A stretch of 64,000 bases of DNA from Nitrososphaeraceae archaeon (GCA_044870765.1 JBIOZG010000028.1:16736-80735), one strand, 5' to 3'. Positions 20,041 to 30,827 are shown, counted from the first letter of the stretch. Numbers and translations: made by a program. The notes: generated by a model not told the origin, from the sequence alone.

Positions 20041-20160
20041 AACAACCCACCAGTTGTACCAGTCTACACATGCAACTGGTCGATGGGCTTGGTTGTTTCT
20101 TGTTCATCACTCAACCGGTTTTTCATCAGTTGCTTTATTCCCTTTTTTAAATCTTGTGTT
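20041..20160. repeat. Dispersed intergenic hairpin element, copy F
   Basis: GCAACTGGT 20072-20080 / ATCAGTTGC 20125-20133; extra arm CCCACCAGTTG 20046-20056; homologous to 3979-4080. Confidence 0.85.
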
Positions 20161-20343
20161 ACTTTTGCATTGCTATAAACTGATTTGATAAAAAAGTGGT
20201 AAGATTTTTTTTAACAAACAAGAAACAATTCTAGATTAAATTTAAAAATTTAATTGCGATATGAGTCTAGATGTTTTTACCTCTGCAGGTGGAACTTACA
20301 TTAAGTGAAGTTTACTAATAATTAATAAAGACTCAAAAATAAT

Positions 20344-21615
20344 TCATTTTACTTTTATTTCTTTCATACCACCCATGTATTTTCGCAGTACATTTGGAAC
20401 TATTAAATTCTGATTAGTTGTTTGATAATTCTCAAGAATTGCTACCATTGTTCGCTCAGTGGCGACAAGGGTACTGTTTAGTGTATGCACAAGCTGTGTC
20501 TCTTCGTTGACTTTTCCTCTATGGCGTATCCTTAATCTTCTCGCTTGGAAATCGATACAATTAGAACAAGAAGCAATTTCTCTATACTTGTCTTGCCCGG
20601 GCATCCATGCCTCGATATCATAAGTTTTTGAGGATACTTTCCCTGTATCTGCGCTATTTAACAATACAATCCTGAACGGTATATCCAAATTTTGGTAAAA
20701 CCTTTCTGTTATACTCAACATTCTTTCGTGTTCAGCGGAAGAGTTTGGAGAGTCTGTTACCACAAATTGTTCTACCTTTTCAAATTGATGGACTCTAAAA
20801 ATCCCCTTCATGTCTTTTCCATGAGCTCCTGCTTCCTTTCTGAAACATGGACTGATACTGCCGTATCTAAGAGGAAGATTTTTTGAATCCAATATCTCAT
20901 CCATATGCATTGAAGCCATTGCGTGTTCTGATGTCCCAATCATGTACAGGTCTTCATTTTCAATTTTGTAGATTACGTCTTCAAAATCATCCATGATGAT
21001 GGAGCCTTTAATTGCATCGTTCTTCAGCATATACGGAGGCTGAATCAATTGATACCCGTTTTCAACAAGAAAGTCCAGAGCATAGTTTGTCAAAGCTTGA
21101 TTCATCAGAACAAGCTCATTTTTCAGGAAATAAAATCTGGCTCCAGATATCTTCGCAGCTCTTTCCAAGTCAATCAATCCTAGGGAATTTGCCAAATCAA
21201 CGTGGTCGCTTTTAACTTTGGGTTTTATGAAATCGTTATATGTTCTGATAACGATATTTTCTTTCTCACTATCACCAATTGGCACTGACTCCTGTAATAA
21301 ATTGGGAATAGAATAAATTAAATCTGAATATCTCTTTTCTACGGCATCCCTCTTGTTTTCCAAACTGGCCATTTGCTCGCCAACTTCTTTCATTTCATCA
21401 AGCTCTCTATCAACACTTTCTTGATTCTTCTTCTTATTCGCGATACTTTGTGATAGTGTGTTTTTCTGGTGTCTGAAATTCTGAGTTTCTATAATTAGTT
21501 CACGCCTTTTTCTATCCAGGTCCAGTAATTCAGAAAAAGGGAAGTCAACTTTTCTATTCCTTAGCATGTCTTGTAAGAGATTAGGATTATCCTTCAGAAT
21601 TTTGGGATCAATCAT
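20344..21615 (-). CDS. serS: Seryl-tRNA synthetase
   Basis: N-terminal coiled coil, GTSEH, CFRKEAG, RVHQFEKVEQF, SCSNC, HTLNST. Confidence 0.98.
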   Translation of the reverse strand: MIDPKILKDNPNLLQDMLRNRKVDFPFSELLDLDRKRRELIIETQNFRHQKNTLSQSIANKKKNQESVDRELDEMKEVGEQMASLENKRDAVEKRYSDLIYSIPNLLQESVPIGDSEKENIVIRTYNDFIKPKVKSDHVDLANSLGLIDLERAAKISGARFYFLKNELVLMNQALTNYALDFLVENGYQLIQPPYMLKNDAIKGSIIMDDFEDVIYKIENEDLYMIGTSEHAMASMHMDEILDSKNLPLRYGSISPCFRKEAGAHGKDMKGIFRVHQFEKVEQFVVTDSPNSSAEHERMLSITERFYQNLDIPFRIVLLNSADTGKVSSKTYDIEAWMPGQDKYREIASCSNCIDFQARRLRIRHRGKVNEETQLVHTLNSTLVATERTMVAILENYQTTNQNLIVPNVLRKYMGGMKEIKVK

Positions 21616-21862
21616 TGGCTGTCAATGTCCTTGATAGTGATATGTGCTCTAGGATCTCATCTATAGTATTAAGGAACGTTCCTGAACCATTTTTGCAAAA
21701 AACATCAATGAGAAGATAGTTATTTTTTGATTTAATATCAATTTTTAATCCTTCAGGGATGCGAACATTATCTGGGGTGAGCACATTGATCATAGTATCA
21801 AGTTCCTTCTTACTATCAAAGAGTATTTTCATACTCGACTTGATATTAAATCCTTCTCTCAT
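21608..21862 (-). CDS. pcc1: KEOPS complex subunit Pcc1
   Basis: 84 aa, LTPDN motif, conserved position between the DHH gene and serS. Confidence 0.75.
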   Translation of the reverse strand: MREGFNIKSSMKILFDSKKELDTMINVLTPDNVRIPEGLKIDIKSKNNYLLIDVFCKNGSGTFLNTIDEILEHISLSRTLTAND

Positions 21863-23280
21863 AGTGAAATCTTAAATTGCTTCAAAATAATAGACATCAG
21901 TGAATCCTCTTGGAGTGGATTTATGATCATCTGTCCATCCTTATTACTAAATGTGATCGTAATTCCGTCAATTTTATCTGATAACTCCTTGGTCATTTGT
22001 TCTACATCAATACTTTCATGCAAAGAACCAAGTAAATATTTGGAATAGTCTTCATCGATTGCCATTTTCATTATGATTACTTTGTTGTTATTGATCTGGT
22101 AATGTGAAGTCAATAAACGAGAAAGGTAACCTACGTAATCAGGTTCAATGATGCCATCGGCATTAATAATTACATGCGAACCTTTATCAGAAAATCTCCA
22201 TTTTTCTTTTAGGATTTTTGATACAAGTTTATGGGAACCATTCTTAAATTCCTGCTCATCAGTCGCCGCCTCTTGAAGAGCACCTGATCGTTCACCAAGG
22301 CAAATACTCATACCCAATCCTGTTTTTTTACTAAGGGCACAGGAACTCAATAACTCTGAAAATCTGCGAGCCTCATACACGTGGCTTCCATATTCCTCAG
22401 TTGGAAGAAAGTAGTTAAACCCTATTAACATGCTTTCTATTTTTTCAAAATTACCGTTAATTTGAGAATTAAGGTAGTCCTTAATGGTTTCAATTATCAG
22501 AAACTTTTCTTCTTGGGTAGTATCGGCTATTGTTCTCCACCTTCCATTTTTTTTCAAGGGAATATTAGTTTTCTTTAGGACTTCAAGACACTTGCTTCCG
22601 TTACAGGTTAGTCCACGTAAATAGGGAACAAAAGTGTTAGCAATGGATTCATGAATAGGAAGGGATTCATTAAAAGACAACAAAAGATCTATATCTGTTC
22701 GAATTACTCCACTTTTTTTCGAAATATCAAGTATCTCATTATTAAGCCCAATAAGCGATCTTTTGTCACCTAGATCTTGGGAATCTCCCAGCGCTGATAC
22801 AATTGCAAGAGAAGATAGTTCTGCAAATTTTTTATCCAAATTTTTCGCTACAAGATAAGAGATTCCACCCGACGAAATTTCTTTCCTTCCATCAATATCA
22901 TATTTCCAGGGATTTAGTATGGCGCTATTATCATCCGTGGCCATTTCGGCAAAGGAAAGTTTCTTGTGATCAATTGTGACCCAGTTTTTCGAAAAAAGCT
23001 TATTGAAGAGTTCGGTGAAACCAGTACCAATATCGGTAAAAAAATAAAATTCATGGTCCTCATTCTTCAATTGATCAATACTTTCTTTAGTAAAATTATT
23101 CACCAAACGTGCGCTTGCTTTTCCGCCAGATTTCCAAATTGATCTAATCAATACACTGGCCGAAATAATTCCATCACATGAAGAACTAGATACTATTAGG
23201 ATATCCTTTTTTTCGTCAATTAGATTTCTTACTTTTTCACTTGTAGAATTTATATTTTCATTAAATTCGTTGTAACCCAT
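21859..23280 (-). CDS. DHH-family (RecJ-like) phosphoesterase homologue with degenerate motifs
   Basis: CDGIISAS, FTDIG, IDHK, NPW..DG..EISSGG, ALGD; rps15 operon context. Confidence 0.85.
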   Translation of the reverse strand: MGYNEFNENINSTSEKVRNLIDEKKDILIVSSSSCDGIISASVLIRSIWKSGGKASARLVNNFTKESIDQLKNEDHEFYFFTDIGTGFTELFNKLFSKNWVTIDHKKLSFAEMATDDNSAILNPWKYDIDGRKEISSGGISYLVAKNLDKKFAELSSLAIVSALGDSQDLGDKRSLIGLNNEILDISKKSGVIRTDIDLLLSFNESLPIHESIANTFVPYLRGLTCNGSKCLEVLKKTNIPLKKNGRWRTIADTTQEEKFLIIETIKDYLNSQINGNFEKIESMLIGFNYFLPTEEYGSHVYEARRFSELLSSCALSKKTGLGMSICLGERSGALQEAATDEQEFKNGSHKLVSKILKEKWRFSDKGSHVIINADGIIEPDYVGYLSRLLTSHYQINNNKVIIMKMAIDEDYSKYLLGSLHESIDVEQMTKELSDKIDGITITFSNKDGQMIINPLQEDSLMSIILKQFKISL

Positions 23281-23288
23281 TTAATTCA

Positions 23289-23735
23289 TTATTCAAGTCT
23301 AGCAATAACAGCCGCATATTTCCAATCTTGCGAAATTTTTCCTTTCCTTTTATAGTATCTTGAAAGTCTATGGATTTTAGCTTCTATCAACTCTAGAGAA
23401 CGGATATTCCTCTTGTCAGTATTATGCACCTTTAGATGTTTCTGAAGATCTAATGCCTTTTGAACAAGTTGGTTAAGATCTTCGGGCATTTCTGGAGTGG
23501 AATTATTTTCTTCAAGAAGCTGGTTTATCCCCTTACCTAATATTGGCTTTATTAATGGAACTCCATAATGATCCCTCATCTTAATTCCAATCTCACTTGG
23601 ACTAAGCCCATCCTTTGAAAGTTGAACTATAATCGCAGGTAATTCCGATTTCTGATTAATCCAAGAAGGAGCATTGAAAGAGATGGGTCGTGTTGAGTGC
23701 GATTTTCCATGTGTATGTGCATGAATTCGAGCCAT
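23289..23735 (-). CDS. rps15: 30S ribosomal protein S15 (uS15/S13e)
   Basis: MARIHAHTHGKSHSTRP, LIEAKIHRLSRYYK; ATG at 23735. Confidence 0.97.
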   Translation of the reverse strand: MARIHAHTHGKSHSTRPISFNAPSWINQKSELPAIIVQLSKDGLSPSEIGIKMRDHYGVPLIKPILGKGINQLLEENNSTPEMPEDLNQLVQKALDLQKHLKVHNTDKRNIRSLELIEAKIHRLSRYYKRKGKISQDWKYAAVIARLE

Positions 23736-23850
23736 TAAAGTACGAATCAATAATGAGCATCTTAAATGTTACTTATAAGACGAGTGACTAGAAATTCCTA
23801 AATTCCCCATACAAGGATATCGAAATTTTCAGTTAAAATTTTTTTAACAC

Positions 23851-23866
23851 CAATAAAGTTATATAA
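23851..23866 (+). promoter_or_regulatory. Probable BRE/TATA box of a leaderless transcript
   Basis: Purine-rich CAATAAAG followed by TTATATAA about 26 bp upstream of ATG 23892. Confidence 0.55.
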
Positions 23867-23891
23867 TTGGATTTAAAATTACAAATTTAGT

Positions 23892-24212
23892 ATGAACTCA
23901 CTTACCGTCGTTACAATAGCATCCATACTGATTGCAATGGGACCTTTAGCGATAACCTTCTATCAAACCGCAAATGCACAATACTCGGGCCAAGATACTG
24001 GAGGAGCACTTGGTGTTGAAGAACAACTTCGTTTAGCTAAGGAAAAAGTATCCAATGCTCAACAAGCTGGTGCATATGGTTCTGGAACTGCCTTCTTTGG
24101 CAAGAACATCGGTGACGCTGCGCTCTACACTGTTGCAATTGTCGCAATATTTGGCGCCGTAGCTGCTGCATTTATGGTGATGAGTAGAAGTAAAAAATCC
24201 GTAAGCGCATAG
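23892..24212 (+). CDS. Small membrane-anchored protein
   Basis: Signal peptide, EEQLRLAKEKV...GAYGSGT, C-terminal TM; T-rich tract after stop. Confidence 0.75.
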   Translation: MNSLTVVTIASILIAMGPLAITFYQTANAQYSGQDTGGALGVEEQLRLAKEKVSNAQQAGAYGSGTAFFGKNIGDAALYTVAIVAIFGAVAAAFMVMSRSKKSVSA

Positions 24213-24445
24213 CGTTACTTTACTACTATTTTTTTATTTTATATTCATTAATCTTGCTAGTGAAAAAGCTTCATAAATTTTCTATATGCGTTACACTCTC
24301 AAGATGCATCTCTTCAATACAATTATCTGTTCTTTGAATAACTTTTTCGATTTTCGTATTAATTGTGAATCTATATTCGATTTTAGGCTTGTTTGCATCA
24401 TCTCACCAAAATGTATATATCATAGCATTAATGTGCTAATAGATA

Positions 24446-24724
24446 ATGAGCGGAATTGAAGGACTCTTTACAATGATTGGAAATACACTACACAGTCTGA
24501 TCGGTCAAATCGGTCCATCGTACGATCCCTTGTTCTATGATGTAATGGTATACATATTTGGAACAATAATGTTTGCGGTGTTCTTGCTAGCAGTAATTGC
24601 TTTCTATTTGAGAAGAAAAGGCTTGGGTGGAGGTTCTGCAAAGGAAAGTTGGATAAGAGAACTGGACAAATATTTCGAATCAGGTCAGATAGGTCTGATT
24701 CCTGATGAAAAACATCATTGGTAA
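24446..24724 (+). CDS. Small single-TM hypothetical protein
   Basis: 92 aa ORF, TM followed by RRK. Confidence 0.65.
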   Translation: MSGIEGLFTMIGNTLHSLIGQIGPSYDPLFYDVMVYIFGTIMFAVFLLAVIAFYLRRKGLGGGSAKESWIRELDKYFESGQIGLIPDEKHHW

Positions 24725-24840
24725 ATCAATGTAAGTCGACACACAAATTATTATTTTTTGTTTTTATTTTTTCAATTAGTTATAGAATCAAATAACATCA
24801 TTATTAAAACTTGAAATCTTTTAATTCAAACTTTATGTTA

Positions 24841-25149
24841 CTATTGTACTTCTATTGCAGATTCAGTGAAACCAAATTTCACTAGATAAGACTTTACGTC
24901 GTCCCTGTGATCTCCCTGCAACATTATGAAACCAGCTTTTGCAGTTCCACCACACGCTAATTTGCTTTTCAATTCTTTAACAATGTGTTGTATATCACTC
25001 AACTTTGGATCAATGCCTTCTATCATGGTAGTAGTTTTTGAAAATCTTCTTGTTTCAAGTCTTATTACAATTCTAGTGTCTTCTTTATCCAGCTCGCCAC
25101 ATGCACATAGGTCGTTTGGTAGTCCGCATTTTTTGCATATCACCGCCAT
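24841..25149 (-). CDS. sui1: Translation initiation factor aIF1 (SUI1)
   Basis: CKKCGLPNDLCAC, LKSKLACGGT, LQGDHR; ATG at 25149. Confidence 0.95.
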   Translation of the reverse strand: MAVICKKCGLPNDLCACGELDKEDTRIVIRLETRRFSKTTTMIEGIDPKLSDIQHIVKELKSKLACGGTAKAGFIMLQGDHRDDVKSYLVKFGFTESAIEVQ

Positions 25150-25331
25150 ATTATAATTAATCTCAAATGAAGTATTCTCATTATTAAGCCTTGCCCGGTG
25201 CAGATTAAGTATCAACTATTACATGTTTGATTGAAAAAATTGAAATTTATTGATACCGTCAAATCAACGATTGAAATCTGAATAATTTGAGCTGGCTGAG
25301 AAGACTTTAATTTACATTAATGATAGGTTAA

Positions 25332-25739
25332 ATGCTGAAGATGTCAGTATCTGATAATAAGTATAAAGAAAATTTGAAAGATGCTGCGGAATCCCTACTT
25401 AAGGGAGGAACGCTACTATCTGAACCATGCGAGAAATGTAGCGGAATACAAGTCAGAAAAAATAACGAAACTAAATGTATTATCTGTGGGAACAAAACTA
25501 GTACCGAAACACAAGAACCGGCGAAAGATCTTAGCAGTTCAGAACAGCTAAACTATAAGGATAGCATCAATGTAAAAATTGGAAATAGGTTGGCAGAACT
25601 TATTGGTAAAATAGGCACAGACACTAATTTAATCGAAGAGGAACAAAGATTGAGAGTCATTGAATATTATATTAAAATCTTAGAAAAAAGTAATTTTGTC
25701 AATGAAATATTAAGACTATCTAATCAAAATGTGAAATAA
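25332..25739 (+). CDS. UPF0148/autoantigen p27 Zn-ribbon protein
   Basis: LLKGGTLLSEPCEKC...CIIC. Confidence 0.85.
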   Translation: MLKMSVSDNKYKENLKDAAESLLKGGTLLSEPCEKCSGIQVRKNNETKCIICGNKTSTETQEPAKDLSSSEQLNYKDSINVKIGNRLAELIGKIGTDTNLIEEEQRLRVIEYYIKILEKSNFVNEILRLSNQNVK

Positions 25740-25745
25740 AACGGA

Positions 25746-25952
25746 ATGTATTTAAGAGATGATTTATCAAGAACTTTCACATTGGGTGAAGGAAAGAAGA
25801 AAAATGCACCGTTGCCTGCATCAAGCGCAGGTTTATTGAGGTTTTTTGAAGATGAAACCCGAGGTGTAAAAGTAAAACCAGAAGTTATACTAGGTGTTAC
25901 CGGTGCTCTTATCGGAATATCAATTATCATTAGAATCGTTTTTCCAGTATAG
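25746..25952 (+). CDS. Preprotein translocase subunit Sec61beta
   Basis: SSAGLLRFFEDE...VKPE plus TM. Confidence 0.9.
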   Translation: MYLRDDLSRTFTLGEGKKKNAPLPASSAGLLRFFEDETRGVKVKPEVILGVTGALIGISIIIRIVFPV

Positions 25953-25971
25953 AATTTCAACAGTAAATTAA

Positions 25972-27720
25972 TTGATAAGTGAAGATAGTGTAACTGATAT
26001 CCATAGAAGGTGGTATTTTACACTTTTAAACCCTTCTTCGTATAAGACTTCGGCAATTATTGCGATAATTTCATCGTTGGCGATCGTGGGCATTAATCAT
26101 GAATCGTATTCTGTAACAGAACTGTTCCTTCATTTAATATTAAGTGTTGTCATCATCTGTACGGGATTTTTTCTGGATTTATTCTTACTTAGAGGTACTC
26201 CAACAAACAAGATTTCAAAAGTGATTCATGTTGCAGCCTTCTCAAACTCTCTTTGGTTAGTAACTATTTTGCTCGGATTATTGGCAAATGTTATCTTTAA
26301 CAAAAATTCAAGCATTCTTAGTTACTGTCTTGGAGGATTATTCATAGCGGGCGGACTTCGTTACGGTATTTTTACATCCGTCTTTGGAGCAAGAATGCTT
26401 AAATCTATATTAATTTCATTTGTAATGCCTGTGATACTTTTTTCTAACTTGTTACCCTATTCCACCACATCAATTCCGCAGGATTATCTTGGAGTACTTG
26501 TCCTAGGTTCAATTATCTATATTGTTGGAGTTGTATGGTCTATATTAGCTGATAGAGCTGGATATCCCCATTTAAAAAGCACATTCAGAATTCTACAAGC
26601 GTTTCTATCGGCGTGGACAGAAAATAAGCAAGAGAAAATGGAAGATATATTCGACTCGAGATCCAAAACAGATAAAATAAAAACTATGATGATTAAATTT
26701 GAGAGGGATCAAGATAAAAGCATATTTGTTGTTTTGCCTGATATACATCCGGGGCCATTTAATCCTATAGGAGGAAGTGATTTACCGCACAAGATGTTTA
26801 AATTCTTTGAAAACAACGCAATAGTTCTACACAGTGTTTCTGACCATTCTAAAAATCTACCTACACACGAGGAAGTCAACAAATATCTTGAATCGCTAAA
26901 AAATTCCGTTCTTAAAAATACTGGCAAGAAGTGTTCCTTGCCTTTACAAACAAAATCAAATGATTTTACTTTAACCTGCATTAATTTTAAGACCATTCTG
27001 ATCTTGATCGTTTCAAAAGATGGAGGTATGGAGGATCTACCGTATTCAATTCGAGAAAGAATCGAACGATATGCAACTGAAGTGGGATACTCTAGCATCA
27101 TGGTCGTTGATGCACATAATGGATTAGGAAAGAAGATAGCATCGGAAGAAGAAGAGGTCATCTGTAATCTCGCTCTAAGATCCTTAAATAAACTTAAGGA
27201 ACATCAATATCACTCGTACAAAGTTGGATATGCTAACTCTATGAATTCAAGTATCAAATTTATTGAACTTGGCGGAGCCGGTATTGGTGTTATTAATTTT
27301 CAAATCGACAATCAAAATTACCTTATCGGTTGGGCAGACTCAAATAATCTTGTAAATGGACTACGAGAAAAAATTCTGGATAAATTAAACAAACAGGGTT
27401 TGAATATGTTAGAAGTTTGCTCGTCAGATACACATTCTAGCTCCGGAAAAAGGACACGCCAAGGATATTATGCTCTAGGTGATGTTACTTCTGACAAAGA
27501 TATTGTTTGTGCCTTTAAAGAAATCTCTCAGAAAGCATTATACAATACAACATCGACATCTTCGAGCTCCTCATATTTGGAAGGCTATTCGGAAATAAAA
27601 CTAATGGGTAGCGACCAATTTGATAATTATGCTAAGGCTTTGAATAAGTCAATGAATATAACAAAAACCTCACTTGGTATCACCGTAGCACTATTTATAA
27701 TGATGTTATACATTTCTTAA
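25972..27720 (+). CDS. DUF2070 family membrane protein
   Basis: N-terminal TMs, IHPGPF..IGGS, VDAHN, DSNN, SDTH. Confidence 0.85.
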   Translation: MISEDSVTDIHRRWYFTLLNPSSYKTSAIIAIISSLAIVGINHESYSVTELFLHLILSVVIICTGFFLDLFLLRGTPTNKISKVIHVAAFSNSLWLVTILLGLLANVIFNKNSSILSYCLGGLFIAGGLRYGIFTSVFGARMLKSILISFVMPVILFSNLLPYSTTSIPQDYLGVLVLGSIIYIVGVVWSILADRAGYPHLKSTFRILQAFLSAWTENKQEKMEDIFDSRSKTDKIKTMMIKFERDQDKSIFVVLPDIHPGPFNPIGGSDLPHKMFKFFENNAIVLHSVSDHSKNLPTHEEVNKYLESLKNSVLKNTGKKCSLPLQTKSNDFTLTCINFKTILILIVSKDGGMEDLPYSIRERIERYATEVGYSSIMVVDAHNGLGKKIASEEEEVICNLALRSLNKLKEHQYHSYKVGYANSMNSSIKFIELGGAGIGVINFQIDNQNYLIGWADSNNLVNGLREKILDKLNKQGLNMLEVCSSDTHSSSGKRTRQGYYALGDVTSDKDIVCAFKEISQKALYNTTSTSSSSSYLEGYSEIKLMGSDQFDNYAKALNKSMNITKTSLGITVALFIMMLYIS

Positions 27721-27741
27721 ATTAATCCATGGAAGGCAATG

Positions 27742-28260
27742 CTACTTTTTATTCATTCGTTCTCTTTTTTTGATAACAGTATTGTGCAAATTCTTTCTAT
27801 ATTCTTCAACATATGTTGAAATATTTTTTGAACTTAGTGCCAAGATTTGACACGCCAAGATTGCCGCGTTTATAGAACCATTTATTGCGACACAAGCCAC
27901 GGGAATTCCTGTTGGCATCTGAACAATGGAAAGTAGAGAATCAATTCCCTTTAAATTATGACTCTCTATAGGAACACCTATTACAGGCAAGGTAGTCAGT
28001 GATGCGATCATGCCTGGCAAATGTGCAGATCCTCCAGCTCCTGCAATTATTACCCTTAAGCCGCGTTTTTTTGCACTTTTCGCGTACTCGAACATTAGTT
28101 CTGGTGTCCTGTGAGCTGAGACTATCTGCATTTCATATGGAACATGGTTCTTGTCTAAAAATTCTGACGCCTGGTTCATTACCTGCAGGTCAGAATCACT
28201 TCCCATAATGATGCCAACAAGTGGCTTATTTTTTTTGTTTATTTCCATTTCGTTTTCCAA
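27742..28260 (-). CDS. purE: N5-CAIR mutase
   Basis: [28 protein letters not shown]. Confidence 0.97.
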   Translation of the reverse strand: MENEMEINKKNKPLVGIIMGSDSDLQVMNQASEFLDKNHVPYEMQIVSAHRTPELMFEYAKSAKKRGLRVIIAGAGGSAHLPGMIASLTTLPVIGVPIESHNLKGIDSLLSIVQMPTGIPVACVAINGSINAAILACQILALSSKNISTYVEEYRKNLHNTVIKKRERMNKK

Positions 28261-29425
28261 TTGTTAACAACTTCCTTACTCTGCTAGCTCTAGATAATGC
28301 TTCCTCTATCCTTTCTGCGGTGACAGTAAAATGGCCCAATTTTCTCTGGGGTTTTGTAATCCTTTTACCATAAAAATGTAGTTTAAGACCAGGAACGGAC
28401 AAAGCCTTTTCGATTCCTCTAAACGAATACTCTCCAGAGTAATCAGGTATCCCCAAAATGTTCATCATGACAGCTGGAGATAGCAATCTGGATTCTACTA
28501 GCGGCAGTCCAAGTATGGCTCTAATGTGTTGTTCAAATTGTGAAACGCTACATGCTTCAATTGAATAATGACCAGAGTTATGAGGTCTGGGGGCTATTTC
28601 ATTAATCATTATCTTATTGTCTTTCAGAAACATTTCGATACCAAATATACCAACACCTCTTAATGACTTTACTACTTTTTCAGCTATCGACTTTGCATTA
28701 GATTCCACCCTTCTATTTTCACCTGACGGGACTATAGTCGTATCCAAAATACCGTTTGTGTGAATGTTTTGGACTACAGGAAACGACACGATTTGTCCAT
28801 GAGTATTGCGAGCAACCATCACGGAAATTTCTTTTGTAAAATGAATGTATTTTTCTATCATGCATCGTCTTCCTTCAAAATACTTGATTCCTCTTTCAAC
28901 GTCACCGGTAGATCTGATTAAAAAATTTCCTCTTCCATCGTAGGAATCCTCACAGGCCTTCAATACTGATGGATAACCAAATTCCTTACAGATTTTTTTT
29001 ACTTGTTCTACTGAAGTGACTTCTTCAAATGCTGGAACCGGTATACCTTTTGCTTTTAGAAATTTCTTTTGCCGAAGTTTGTTTTGAATTGTTTTCAGTA
29101 CACCAGAAGCTGGATGAATCAAATGCCCTCTAGATTCAAGAGTTCTTAAGACTGAAGAGTTTGCAAGCTCAATTTCATAAGTTAATACGTCAACTTTTTC
29201 GGCTAGTTCCAAAATAGATTTTTCATCTTTGAAATCACTTACGATCATTTGATCAGCAAGGGTTGATGCAGGACAATTCATGTCAGGATCTAAATATGCA
29301 AGCTTCATCGACATTCTTTTTGCCTCAATTCCAATCATCTTTCCAAGTTGACCTCCCCCTATGATTCCTAACGTAATACCGTTGGGGGAAAATCCGTACT
29401 TGTAAAATGAAAAGGGCTGCTTCAT
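28226..29425 (-). CDS. purK: N5-CAIR synthetase
   Basis: [28 protein letters not shown]. Confidence 0.97.
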   Translation of the reverse strand: MKQPFSFYKYGFSPNGITLGIIGGGQLGKMIGIEAKRMSMKLAYLDPDMNCPASTLADQMIVSDFKDEKSILELAEKVDVLTYEIELANSSVLRTLESRGHLIHPASGVLKTIQNKLRQKKFLKAKGIPVPAFEEVTSVEQVKKICKEFGYPSVLKACEDSYDGRGNFLIRSTGDVERGIKYFEGRRCMIEKYIHFTKEISVMVARNTHGQIVSFPVVQNIHTNGILDTTIVPSGENRRVESNAKSIAEKVVKSLRGVGIFGIEMFLKDNKIMINEIAPRPHNSGHYSIEACSVSQFEQHIRAILGLPLVESRLLSPAVMMNILGIPDYSGEYSFRGIEKALSVPGLKLHFYGKRITKPQRKLGHFTVTAERIEEALSRASRVRKLLTIGKRNGNKQKK

Positions 29426-29507
29426 CCTTAGAATACAAATTTATTACAAATTTAAAGTATCTATATTTCTTTAAACTTTAAAAGTTTATAGATGTATTGC
29501 TTATGAT

Positions 29508-30263
29508 ATGAGTCTCAAAGAAAAAGTTGCAATTGTAACAGGCGCTGGTGGGGGCGTAGGAAGATCCACGACTGAACGGCTACTTAAAGAAGGTTGCAAG
29601 GTAACTCTCGTAGGTAGAAGTCGTTCAAAATTGACAAAGGTTATTTCAGATAATGATAATAGTAGTAATTTACTTGCGGTAAGTGCGGATATTACTAAAG
29701 AAGCAGAAGTACTGAATGTTATTGAACAAACTATATCTTCGTTCGACACTGTAGATATTCTTGTAAATAACGCTGGCGTTCTAAATGACCCAATTCCGTT
29801 TCACCAAATGAGGGAGGATCAATGGGACAATCTTATATCTACAAATCTGATCGGGACTTTTCAAATGACCAAGGCAGTCCTGCCAATAATAATGGATAAA
29901 AAAAATGGAAACATAGTAAATATTTCATCATTGCTGGGCATACGGGCTATTCCGAATGTTCCACTTTCCATATATGGCGCTACCAAAGCTGGTATCATAA
30001 TGTTTACAAAGAGTATCGCAGTCGAGTATGGTCCATATGGTATTAGATGTAATTGTATTGTTCCATCCACTATAAGAAGTCCCATGATAGAGCCTTATCT
30101 ACAGGATGAAAAGTCTAAGGAACTATTGGAATCATCGTTTCCTCTAAGGAGGATTGGAAACACTAGTGATATTTCTGGAGCTGTTGTTTATTTATGTTCG
30201 GATGATGCGAATTGGATTACAGGAATTACTCTGACTATAGATGGAGGATTTTCTGCAAAATAA
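29508..30263 (+). CDS. Classical SDR oxidoreductase
   Basis: TGAGGGVG, NNAG, YGATK. Confidence 0.92.
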   Translation: MSLKEKVAIVTGAGGGVGRSTTERLLKEGCKVTLVGRSRSKLTKVISDNDNSSNLLAVSADITKEAEVLNVIEQTISSFDTVDILVNNAGVLNDPIPFHQMREDQWDNLISTNLIGTFQMTKAVLPIIMDKKNGNIVNISSLLGIRAIPNVPLSIYGATKAGIIMFTKSIAVEYGPYGIRCNCIVPSTIRSPMIEPYLQDEKSKELLESSFPLRRIGNTSDISGAVVYLCSDDANWITGITLTIDGGFSAK

Positions 30264-30296
30264 ACAAAATCAGAACTTTTAATATTGGCTTTGGCG

Positions 30297-30740
30297 TCAG
30301 GATTTTATCAAAGCAGATTTCCTCTGCTTTATCAATGGAATTATCTTTTCTACTATTATTTCATGAAAATTATCTGTTCCTGCATCAAAGGATAATATTA
30401 TCACAAAGGATAATTTTCTATTATCGTCAGTGATGGGGATAGTGGCCCGAATAAGTTTAGAGTAATGAGAACTTGCATACTGTATCTTACCCAATAAGAC
30501 TTCCCACCTAAGTCTTGTAAATTGCCTGGTTGCTGCAGTAATAGCATACTGAGCACGTTCTTCGGAAGAAAGTAATGGTTTGATACCCTTGCGATGACTA
30601 ATGTGCAATATTACACCGTCTTCATTTGTAATTCCGGCAGATCTAATAGAAGAATCAACTTTGATTATTTCCTGGCATAGCGACTTGAATACTGAATTTT
30701 TCAATAGCAAAAAATTGACAATCGGTAATTTTAATGTCAT
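30297..30740 (-). CDS. Thaumarchaeal roadblock-like (DUF6659-like) protein
   Basis: IRSAGI...G.KPLLS.EE...LGKIQY pattern. Confidence 0.6.
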   Translation of the reverse strand: MTLKLPIVNFLLLKNSVFKSLCQEIIKVDSSIRSAGITNEDGVILHISHRKGIKPLLSSEERAQYAITAATRQFTRLRWEVLLGKIQYASSHYSKLIRATIPITDDNRKLSFVIILSFDAGTDNFHEIIVEKIIPLIKQRKSALIKS

Positions 30741-30827
30741 GATTTTTAGTTATAATGAATACAAAGCACTTTCGAGTAACTGTGTACTAACGGGTTTTCT
30801 ATTAATAATGGGAAGGAGATCTAATAT

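Noticed and set aside
3686-20160. Hairpins as integron attC sites (AAC...GTT cores)
   Set aside because: Flanks do not fit RYYYAAC/GTTRRRY, neighbouring genes face both ways, and no integron integrase is in the window
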